DNA of 55,779 bases from the NCBI GenBank assembly GCA_009602735.1, contig WELA01003159.1:1-55779 (forward strand), in the 5' to 3' direction. Both the position numbers and the translations under genes were made by a program. Below the pieces are notes generated by a model, which did no database searches, had not been told where the DNA came from, and saw nothing but the letters and a program-made list of their open reading frames with translations. Of the stretch, positions 46,701-55,779 are shown piece by piece (within the stretch, counting starts at the first letter, position 1; each line of letters opens with the position of its first letter). The DNA is from Mesotaenium endlicherianum. Lineage: Eukaryota.

Positions 46701-48461
46701 NNNNNNNNNNNNNNNNNNNNNNNNNNNNNNNNNNNNNNNNNNNNNNNNNNNNNNNNNNNNNNNNNNNNNNNNNNNNNNNNNNNNNNNNNNNNNNNNNNNN
46801 NNNNNNNNNNNNNCCCCCCCCCCCCCCCCAAAAGCTTGTGAAAAATAGACTCACCCGACCAATGCACCTCTGCTCACGTCGCCAGCTAGATTGGAATCTG
46901 AATCTGTCCCTGCAGTGTTGCATAAAGCAAAGAAAACAACGGACGACGGAGCTGAAATTAACCTCCGTCTCAAAGAGACGGAACCTCGTGATGTCAGTGC
47001 GAGACCCAAAATGGCAGACAACACCCCCATAGTGATTGATACGCATCGCTAGACTGAGTGCCAGGCGAAGCACTTATCGGTCACCAAAAGTGACCAAACT
47101 ACTCACGACTGGTGAGGCAAGGCAATCATCAGCAAAAGCCGATCAAAGGCGTGAGCCTGTGCACACTCAATACGACAAAGCAGACGACTAAGGTCAGGCC
47201 AGCATCATACCTGAAACCTCGCCACCGGGCATCTCCACAGACCCTTTGCTGAGGGGACCACCTTGGGCCTTCTCACTCTCGTCCTTGGAGGCAGCAGCTC
47301 TCGCCTGAGGTCGCCCTTTACCCTTCCTGTGATCCACAGGCTTTCCGCCCTTAGTCCGGCGACCAAAGAGCACGGGCTGCTTGCGGTCATACAAATTGCT
47401 GTCGTACTCTTTCGACCCGCCCGCGTATTCCGGGTAATCCACTGCAGTGTGGTAGGCCTCACTAGAATAGCTGGAGTAGGACTTTCTTTGAAACCCTGCC
47501 ATCCTCTGACTGCTTTTCCGGCCTGGACTAAGGGGTACACAATCATTGGTCGACGATGCAGGGACGCCATCACCCCTCTCTCGAGGATTTGTAGACTTGA
47601 CATCCTCCCGAGAAGGTACATGGGCACACCTGCAACAGGAGACAAAAGGATCACATCCTATCAACAACAAGCAATAGCGAAGGTCTCATTGACCAGGAAA
47701 TGAAACATGACATGAACCAGTCACGGTACATTTTAAGCTGTTAAACAAGCAAGAGAAAAGGAAAGAACAAAGTCCAAAGGAAACACTCAAAAAAAATCCC
47801 GGCTCAACCACTCGGGGTTGGAATCAGCGGGGGTTGGAATCAGCAAAAGTCAAGACACAGTAACCTAAACTAGTAGCAATCAACCAGGCTCACGAGCACA
47901 TACCTAACTGCGTTGATTAAAGCAGAGCCCTGAGCTCGGCTTCCCTCCCCTTTCAATGTCAGAAAGGATGAACTTGCATCTGCAAGGGACAATTCCAAAA
48001 CTGTGAGTATGCTGTCGATTACATAATTGGAAGCGCAATTGTATAAATAAAAAGCATGAATTCTCACTGCCGCTACGACTCATACACAACATGCAAAAAG
48101 CATCAACAAAAGCCCATTGTCACCCTCACAGTGACTGCTAGATGAAGCAGAAAGCAGATCACAACCAAAACCTAGCAGTGCTTTTAGACAATCTGCATAC
48201 GACCATTAACAGCCATCATGGTCTGTAAATAGCTCTGCATATTATATATCCTGAGACGGGCTTAAGGGATGTAGCCATCACGCTCTAGCTAGTCTAGAAT
48301 GTCAACTTACCCGTTCCTGATCTCAAGTTCACTTTCTGCGACACCAATTGACTAGTCTGGAGTGTAGCAGCAAGCTCGACTTTCGACAACCTACAACTCC
48401 CTGCGCAGACCCAGGGTACTTTCAGAGTGGAGTACTGATGTAATGTGCCAGTGCTTGCCAT
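43713..48461 (-). CDS. Membrane protein with C-terminal DnaJ-type (CxxCxGxG) zinc finger and no J domain, about 366 aa, 8 exons
   Basis: Exons 48461-48311, 47979-47904, 47629-47211, 46909-46855, 45736-45600, 44909-44833, 44399-44265, 43763-43713; GT-AG, phases consistent, 1101 nt in total. Four CxxC units: CHMCNGHG, CDLCEGRG, CPACFG, CKACGG. Hydrophobic segments GALVGGLLCLALL and WGVAAAVAVAGLVTAV. Confidence 0.7.
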
Positions 48462-49882
48462 GCTTATGTATGTTGCTGGTCAGGAATCTTCGAAATAATA
48501 AGGTAATAATGTCTTGACGACTTTCTAAGAATAACGTGAATGAAGAATGGGCTAATGGACACCGCCTTCACAGACCTCAAATGCTTCGGCAGATGTGGCG
48601 GGTTTGAGTCTTGAGAGCCAAATAAGTGACGAATTCAGCGCGTCACAAAAGACTGCATGGGCGATGTATCGAATGTGCATGAAGGGGTGTACCGTGCAAA
48701 TTGTGTGAAGGGCTCTGCCTCGAGATGCAGGACTCATGGCCGACAACTGCGGAGTGTGGCAAGACGCACCAATTTGTGGCTTCCATAAAAACATTGGAGG
48801 TGTCAGATATTAGTTCTGTTCATCTCGTTGGGCAACTGAGTACCCTGGATTATCCTGGATTACTCTGCAGCAGCTCTGTAGCCTGCAGCAAGCACGTGCA
48901 AGACGTCAGGCCTCCAGGAAAAAGGCAGGCCAAAAAGTGGGGCAAAACCGGACAGAGATTTTACCACGTAGGCTTCCGAGGCCGCCGAGGCGCATCGAGC
49001 AGCGTCGAGGCCAGTCGTCGTGAGCGAATTGGTGTTTTATTTCGCCCCTAAGGTGCGCTTCCTTCGTCTATATATACATAGCTTGTGAAGGCGATAGCAC
49101 GCAATGCGCAGACTATGACGAATACGACGAATGACTAACGAAAATTTTAAGAGGAAAATGTCCAAGAACGATGAAGGTTGATTCAGCCAGATCACGCCAC
49201 ATCAGCTAGCCGCAGCTTGTCGTGGCAAATCGTGGAAATTGGTGAAAATTCTTAGAGCGAAAACGAGGAGGAAACTATCAGAAACCAAAAGCAACCAGGA
49301 GTCTGCATTCAGAATTTCGTACCCTGCCATGAGATCTTATGCCTTTGTGTTTGTCGTTTGCTGTCTGCTAGACAACTACATTTTCCAAGATTTTAATCTT
49401 CACGAGGTTTTTGCTTGTCCTTTATGCAACTTTTATACATGGGTGCATATGTATGGATAACGCATAACATCTCTAAAATGTTAGGTGATACGTCTTCTTA
49501 CCCATCGTTTTCTCGAACATTCTAGTAACCGAAACCCTGCCTAAGATTGCCGAAGATTGTCTGGACGGCAGAGGCACTTTCTGGCTGAGTGCACAATCCA
49601 GAATTTGCAGCTTATCGCGATTCTTCGGTAGTGATGGCGCTTTTCGATGACGTAATGGTCCATCTAATGAGCAAACATCACCGTGCTCCCGTCGAATGGT
49701 TTCCTATATGCGCATCCATACGCATCCTCTTTGAAATTGGAAGGCTTCCCAGACTTGGATGCGTACTGGCGTGGTCCGTAAGTCAGAGACGTGAGTATAA
49801 TCCGAGGTAATTTTTTTTCGAAAGGTGCTTCAGCCCTTGCAGTATTTGGTTTTGCGGTTCCTTTCATCTTTTACTACTTTAT

Positions 49883-52800
49883 ATGGAAGCCCGATTGGAA
49901 GGTGTTGCATCGTTGTCCCTTGACCAGGCAGAAGTTCCCAGTAGAGTTGCAGGAAATGGGAGGGGAAGGGGAGCGTTTACATTTGGCCGCGGAAGGAGAG
50001 GCGGCGGTCGATCTCGTAGTAACGGCAACGAAGCTGTTGAGGGCTTAAATTTCCCGGATGCGAGGCACAGTGATGCTCAAGCTGTGGGCACCTCTACCAC
50101 AGACGTGAACAATCAACCTTTTTATGACGGATTTGGACGTGGTGAGTCTTTTTCTGGGTACAAGGGCGGGCACACTCGCAGAGGACGTGGATCGTCCAGT
50201 GGGCCACCTGGGAGGGGTCCTTTTTCCAGCGGACGTGGAAATGGACATGCAAGCAGGCCAGCAGGCCAGCAAGACATGTCCCACCCATCACAAAATGCCA
50301 ACCCCTCAAATCATTTAAATTCACAAGAAAGAAGGGGGCGAGAACGAATAGGAAGCGGGGAGGCCTCTAATGTTGCCCCCCAAACCCTGACAAGCCAGCA
50401 AGATGTGAGATTCTTTGGCCAAAGCGAGGGGCATGCTCCCGGTCCTCAGCAGGAGTTTGGGGGACATTGTAGACCCGAACATGAGCATGGATCTGATGCT
50501 CACCCCAGCAGGGCGTCGAGTTCTCATGAGACGAGGCGTGGTGGGCCTGCGCCATATTTGGAGCAGCACCAGCACAGATCAAGGAGGCCGCAAGCCAGGC
50601 AGGGAGGGGTGGGCTGGGCAGCTCGAGGATCCGCACAAAGAGCAGCAGCTGGCAGTGGGGGGGGCGACACAGCACAGGAGGAAGCAGCTGTCAGAAGCCT
50701 GGGGGCTGTCACTGATTTGAGAGCCAAAAGGGCAGGCAGCAGGGATACTGATGCTGCTGACACGAGCAGAGTGGCGGGGGGCAGCTGGCATGGGACCGCT
50801 GCCCGGGGGGCGCGAGATGCAGCGTCGGCGGCGTCGGCGGAGAGGCCCAGCCTCCCCCAGCTGGTGCAGGAGATCGAGGAGAAGCTGGCAAGGGGCCAGG
50901 TGGAGTGCATGATCTGCTGCGACACGGTGGGCCGGAGGGCTCCCTGCTGGTCGTGCGACAGCTGTTACGCCATCTTCCACCTGCACTGCGCCAAGAAGTG
51001 GGCGCGCGCGCCCACCTCCAGCGACCTCTCGGCCTCGGCCTCCGCCTCCGCCTCCGCCTCGGCGCGCTATCCCGGCGACAACTGGCGGTGCCCCGGCTGC
51101 CAGGCTGTGCAGCACTCGCGCGCCGACGAGGTGCGGTACCGCTGCTTCTGCGGGAGCCGCGGCGACCCGCCGATGGATCCCTATCTGACGCCGCACTCGT
51201 GCGGGGAGCCGTGCGGGAAGGGCCTGGACCGGAGCGGGGCGGGGGCGTGCCCTCATCACTGCACCCTGCGGTGCCACCCGGGCCCTTGCCCCCCCTGCAC
51301 AGCTGTGGCGCCCGCGCAGCCCTGCCACTGCGGCAAGACAAGTGTCACGTGCCGGTGCGGGGAGCAGGACGGGTTGGGGTTTAGCTGCCGGCAGGGCTGT
51401 GAAAAGCCTCTTTTCTGCGGGCGCCATACGTGCGCAAAGGAGTGTCACGGGGGCTCTTGTGGACAGTGCGACACGCTTGTCCTTGCCAGGTGTCACTGCG
51501 GCAAGAAAGAAGAGGCCATGCTGTGCGGGCTGATCGAGCCGGAAGGTTTTGGAGACAGCGGGCTCACCGGCGCTTTCTCATGCGGTGCCACGTGTGATGC
51601 GATGCTGGACTGCGGGAACCACCGGTGCACCAAGCCTTGCCACCTGGGCCCCTGCGGGGGTTGCCAGCTCATGCCTGCCCGGATCTCTACCTGCCCCTGT
51701 GGCAAGAGCAGCCTTGCTGAGTTGCTGGGCGTGGGGGGGGGGCAGGGGCGATTCAGCTGCCTGGACCCTATCCCCACCTGCGGGGACGTCTGTGGCAAGC
51801 TGCTGCCATGCGAGCGGCACGTGTGCAAGGACAGGTGTCACGAGGGCGAGTGCAGCCCCTGCCAGGTGACGGTGGAGCAGACCTGCCGGTGCGGGGAGAG
51901 CCGGAGGAGTGTGCCTTGCCACAAGCTGCAAGCACAGGTCCGACAGAAGGCGGGGGGGAGGGGCGCGCGCGGAAGGGAGGCGGCGCCGGAGGAGGAGGAG
52001 GAGGAGGAGTTTGCCTGCACGCGCATGTGCGGACGGAAGAAGAGCTGCGGGCGGCACCAGTGCGCCGCCAAGTGCTGCCCCGCGGCGGCCAACACCGGGC
52101 GGCGGCGCCGGCAGCAGCAGGGGCAGAGCCAGGGGCAGCTGGGCATTGACGAGGAGGAGGATGCCCACCTTTGCCTGCTGGTGTGCGGGAAGAAGCTGCG
52201 GTGCGGGCGGCACGCCTGCCAGGAGCTCTGCCACAGCGGGCACTGCCCGCCCTGCATGGCGTCGGCCTTCACGGAGCTGGCGTGCGCATGTGGCGCCACG
52301 TCAATCCTGCCCCCTGTTGCCTGCGGGACCGTCCTCCCGCCGTGCCCGCGTCCGTGCAACGTGCCGCAGGCGTGCGGCCACGAGCCCAGCCACCCGTGCC
52401 ACTTTGGGCCGTGCCCGCCGTGCACCGTCCTCGTCAGCAAGGAGTGCGTGGGCGGCCACGTCAGCCTGCGCGGCGTGCCATGTGGCTCCTCCGGCATCAA
52501 GTGCAACAACCCCTGTGGGAAGCGGCGCCAGTGCTTGCAGCACGCCTGCCGCAGAACGTGCCACCTGCCGCCGTGCGACCTGCCTGCTGCCGCCAGCAAT
52601 GCCCAAGCCTCTGCTGCAGGTGTGACCGCTGCCTCTGGCAAAACAGGTGAGGCGGGTCTGAACGCGGACGTGAGAGGTGGCAGCAGGCCCACCAGTAAGG
52701 CCGCCAGCAAGGCCAGCCCTTCCTCATGTGGTCAGCCTTGCAGCGCCCAGAGACGGGACTGCCAGCACACCTGTATCGCCACCTGTCATCCGGGGGCCCC

Positions 52801-54322
52801 TTGCCCCGAGGTGGCGTGCATCGTCCCCGTCAGCATCTCGTGTGGATGCAAGAGGATCTGTGCGCAGGTGCCATGTGGCACGGGCGGCAAGGAAGGAGAC
52901 TTTCCCATGGTGGTGGCGTCGTTGCCCTCGCCGCTGCAGCCCCTGGAGGTTGGGGGCGCGCGCAGGAGGGTGCCGCTGGGCCAGCGCCAGCTGTCGTGCG
53001 ACGAGGAGTGCGCCAGGCAGGAGAAGAAGCGCCAGCTGGCAGAGGCATTCGAGCCGTACGGCGGCGTTGTCGTGGACGCCAGCGTGGCGGCCGCGTCAGA
53101 GGCTCTGGCGGAGACCGCCAGGCGGGACCCCAGCTGGGTGCAGGCCGCCGAGGCCCGCCTCCACTGCCTACTCACAGGCTCCTCCAGGGGGGGCGGAAAC
53201 GGGGCGGGAGGAGGCAAGGATGCAGTGCGTGCGCACGTATTCAGGCCCCTGCCTCGCGACAAGCGGGAGGCCATTCACGCGCTGGCTGAGAGGTGGGGGA
53301 TGGCGACGCAGGCCGTTGGATGGGAGCCCCGCCGCTTCATAGTCGTCTACACGACCACCAGGTCCCGCGTGCCGTCACGGCTGTCGGTGGGGAAGGGGCC
53401 ACCGGGCGGCACTTCTGGCGTGGGCGCGGGCCTGAGCGTGGCGGCGGGCCAGGCGATTGCGCCGCCCGCCAGCGGTGAGCTGGACATGGACCCGGCGTGC
53501 GTGGTGGCGCTCCAGGAGCTGGCGTCCTCGCAGCGCGGCGCGGGCGGCGGCGGCGGCGGCGGGGATGCGTACTCGTCGGCGGGGGCGAGCGTGGCCACGC
53601 AGCTGCTGCGCTTCGGCGGCGAGTGCGAGCTCGTGTGGCTCAACGATCGCAACGCGCTTGCCATCTTCCAGGACCCTGTGCGAGCGGCCACCGCCATGCG
53701 CTACCTGGACAGCGCGGCTCCCTACTGGGGCGCAACTGCCAGGCCCCCCACAAGCGGCGGCTCGCAGGTTGGCACGGGCGGCAAGGGCAACGCGCTTTCG
53801 GGCACCTCTGCGTGGGGCAGCAGGGGCGGCGTGGGGGCCAGGCCCGCAAGGCACCGGGCGGGACAGGAGGTTGCAGCGTGGGTGGAAGATGCGTGGGGCC
53901 AGGATGCGGACGCTCGCTCGACACCGCTCCCAGAAGGAGCGGGCTCTGGCGGGGCGTGGAGGCCCAAGCAGGAGGGATCTCTGGTGTCGACGGGAAATGC
54001 CTTTGGAGCGCTGGAAGAAGCTGACGCTGCCAGCACAACAGGTGCTAGGAGAACACAAGTCAGCGGGAGTAGCAGGACGGCTCTTGGCAACGGCCTTGCT
54101 TCGAAGGCAGACTCGACTGCCTCCACGGGAAACTCTTCCTCAAAGTCGACCCAGCCACGTATAGATTTGAGTTTGGCAGATGGGACGAGTTGTGGGGCTG
54201 GTGGACAGGCTGCCAGTGGAATGCTTGGTGTTGGCGTGATTGGCTCTTCTTCCTGTTCATTGCCTAGGAGCAGTAAAGCTGCCGAGGATAATGAGGACTG
54301 GGAGAAGATACTAGATGAATAA
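49883..54322 (+). CDS. NFXL1: NF-X1-type zinc finger protein, single 1479-aa ORF
   Basis: RING/PHD-like CMICC...CDSC...FHLHC...WRCPGC; repeated CGxHxCxxxCHxGxCxxC fingers; R3H-like region KREAIHALAERW...GWEPRRF; C-terminal LLRFGGECELVWLNDRNALAIF segment typical of plant NFXL1. Confidence 0.93.
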   Translation: MEARLEGVASLSLDQAEVPSRVAGNGRGRGAFTFGRGRRGGGRSRSNGNEAVEGLNFPDARHSDAQAVGTSTTDVNNQPFYDGFGRGESFSGYKGGHTRRGRGSSSGPPGRGPFSSGRGNGHASRPAGQQDMSHPSQNANPSNHLNSQERRGRERIGSGEASNVAPQTLTSQQDVRFFGQSEGHAPGPQQEFGGHCRPEHEHGSDAHPSRASSSHETRRGGPAPYLEQHQHRSRRPQARQGGVGWAARGSAQRAAAGSGGGDTAQEEAAVRSLGAVTDLRAKRAGSRDTDAADTSRVAGGSWHGTAARGARDAASAASAERPSLPQLVQEIEEKLARGQVECMICCDTVGRRAPCWSCDSCYAIFHLHCAKKWARAPTSSDLSASASASASASARYPGDNWRCPGCQAVQHSRADEVRYRCFCGSRGDPPMDPYLTPHSCGEPCGKGLDRSGAGACPHHCTLRCHPGPCPPCTAVAPAQPCHCGKTSVTCRCGEQDGLGFSCRQGCEKPLFCGRHTCAKECHGGSCGQCDTLVLARCHCGKKEEAMLCGLIEPEGFGDSGLTGAFSCGATCDAMLDCGNHRCTKPCHLGPCGGCQLMPARISTCPCGKSSLAELLGVGGGQGRFSCLDPIPTCGDVCGKLLPCERHVCKDRCHEGECSPCQVTVEQTCRCGESRRSVPCHKLQAQVRQKAGGRGARGREAAPEEEEEEEFACTRMCGRKKSCGRHQCAAKCCPAAANTGRRRRQQQGQSQGQLGIDEEEDAHLCLLVCGKKLRCGRHACQELCHSGHCPPCMASAFTELACACGATSILPPVACGTVLPPCPRPCNVPQACGHEPSHPCHFGPCPPCTVLVSKECVGGHVSLRGVPCGSSGIKCNNPCGKRRQCLQHACRRTCHLPPCDLPAAASNAQASAAGVTAASGKTGEAGLNADVRGGSRPTSKAASKASPSSCGQPCSAQRRDCQHTCIATCHPGAPCPEVACIVPVSISCGCKRICAQVPCGTGGKEGDFPMVVASLPSPLQPLEVGGARRRVPLGQRQLSCDEECARQEKKRQLAEAFEPYGGVVVDASVAAASEALAETARRDPSWVQAAEARLHCLLTGSSRGGGNGAGGGKDAVRAHVFRPLPRDKREAIHALAERWGMATQAVGWEPRRFIVVYTTTRSRVPSRLSVGKGPPGGTSGVGAGLSVAAGQAIAPPASGELDMDPACVVALQELASSQRGAGGGGGGGDAYSSAGASVATQLLRFGGECELVWLNDRNALAIFQDPVRAATAMRYLDSAAPYWGATARPPTSGGSQVGTGGKGNALSGTSAWGSRGGVGARPARHRAGQEVAAWVEDAWGQDADARSTPLPEGAGSGGAWRPKQEGSLVSTGNAFGALEEADAASTTGARRTQVSGSSRTALGNGLASKADSTASTGNSSSKSTQPRIDLSLADGTSCGAGGQAASGMLGVGVIGSSSCSLPRSSKAAEDNEDWEKILDE

Positions 54323-55333
54323 TGGGAGCTTCTTTCACGTAGTGAGCTTCTTGACAGACGATTTTTTTGAAATAAATATGAAACCCCAAGTGCCAAGTGC
54401 CCCATAAAATATCATCCATTATTAACACGACTCTCTAAATGCTCCTTGCGAGGGCCTGTTGTGTTGCATGCAGTATTGTGATGCTCGTGTTGATTCTGTG
54501 TTGAAGACCGCCTCCAGTGCCATATGATTGTATCTACTGTGGGTGCTCTGTGTGCCTACAGCAAGCGATCATCTCAATGCAAGCGATCTGCCTACCTCGA
54601 GTTGTTTGCATGGGCTTGTCCGGACTGCAAGCTTGGGAAAAAAAATGATTCATCTTGTGGAGTAACCTCCACATTTGTGCTTCTTCTGATTACTGACACA
54701 GCACATGTATCGAGCAAGAGCATATGGATAATCCCAGACAACAGCCCTGATGGCACATACAAATATGAGGGGCAGTGATGAGAGGCTGGTAAGGATGTCA
54801 ACTGGAGTGGGTTTTACTCAACCAGTCAGGTGAAATTTGTGAACCATACCTAGCGAATTTGCACCCATACGTTGCAGGAGAATTATTTTTTTAATGCCTT
54901 GGGAGCTAGTTTTCTTGCCACTAGTCAGCACCAGGCCTATACTCTAAGCAGGCTGCCCCTTGATGGAGCTGCTCCCGCCTGAGCTGCAGCTCTTCCGGGG
55001 TACCTAAATGACCACCTTGAGAGCCTCACTAGCAGGGGAGACTCCTACATGCCCATTCCACCTCACGCCCCTAACAGCAGATAAACCTTAAAACAGTGGC
55101 AACTTTGCTTCCGCAATCTTCCTGCATAAGAAAAGCTGCTGGCAGGCTCCGCTCACAACATGTACCCAGCTTCCTGCGCGCTGGTCATCCATGCCCGCAC
55201 AGCCACTCCACTCTTCCGTTGCAACTGAGTGAGCCTCATGCAGGCCCTCTCTGCCCGCACCCACCCATACCATACGCCGTGTCGGAAATCAACGGGCTGC
55301 AAGCAGAACCCTGGAGAGAGAGGCGTGCTTGGC

Positions 55334-55546
55334 CTAGAACCCCCTGGAGGTGGGGCCCCCGATGGTGCTCGAGACCGTGGCCTTGGCGCCCGTCTTGGAG
55401 GCAGCTGCCTTCTCCAGTGTGTATGCCGCGAGCTCTCGGAACTTGGGGACGCACTTGAGCTCTACGATGGTCTTGTCAGACAGCGTGATGGCCATGTCGC
55501 CCCACTCCCCAATGAACCTGGGGATGTACTTCACGTCCACCACGGC
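55334..55546 (-). CDS. Last exon of a plastid/cyanobacterial-type PH-domain (bPH_2/YdbS-like) protein; the gene continues off the right edge
   Basis: After the acceptor TTGCAG the frame reads AVVDVKYIPRFIGEWGDMAITLSDKTIVELKCVPKFRELAAY. This resembles, from memory, the PRxxGxWGDMxxTLxDxxxxELxxVPxFRE signature of that family. Confidence 0.65.
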   Translation of the reverse strand, partial: AVVDVKYIPRFIGEWGDMAITLSDKTIVELKCVPKFRELAAYTLEKAAASKTGAKATVSSTIGGPTSRGF

Positions 55547-55692
55547 CTGCAACCGCGCGACAGGCCCGGGGGGAGGCATGGAGATATGAGCACTTTCCTG
55601 AACGGCTCACTTGTTGCTGCCACATTGGCCACGGCGAAACATGCTGCAACGCGCGCTGTTGTGCAATCCGCCTGCCTCTCCCTCTCCATCTC

Positions 55693-55779
<87 letters not shown>
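55693..55779. repeat. (TG)n then (GA)n microsatellite running to the window end
   Basis: Read directly from the sequence. Confidence 0.95.

Noticed and set aside
47814..47844. GGGGTTGGAATCAGC direct repeat x2
   Set aside because: Two adjacent copies inside an intron; a simple local duplication, not an array.

Overview
Eukaryotic draft scaffold with N gaps at 205-1054, 24637-25097, 34999-35238 and 46256-46813. It has spliceosomal introns full of microsatellites. The plant-type gene set (ECA1-clade Ca2+ pump, NFXL1, group-C Raf-like kinase, cyanobacterial-type plastid proteins) suggests a green plant, probably a streptophyte alga; this assignment is inference. The first 10.4 kb holds two copies of one Ty3/gypsy chromovirus family placed head-to-head, with three LTRs. 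The middle LTR is preceded by a polypurine tract and looks recombinant, which points to a nested insertion into a tandem array. The LTRs carry a cluster of heat-shock-element motifs upstream of a TATA box. The rest of the window encodes a 5-exon Raf-like kinase, an F-box-like fragment, an 11-exon SAM methyltransferase, a SERCA-type Ca2+-ATPase (GC-AG intron, possible transit-peptide-like first exon), an 8-exon membrane protein with a DnaJ-type zinc finger, an intronless NFXL1, and the last exon of a PH-domain plastid protein. An unexplained AT-rich island lies at about 26.8-30.3 kb. No tRNA, rRNA or CRISPR was found. Gene models were built by hand from splice sites and phase, without expression data.
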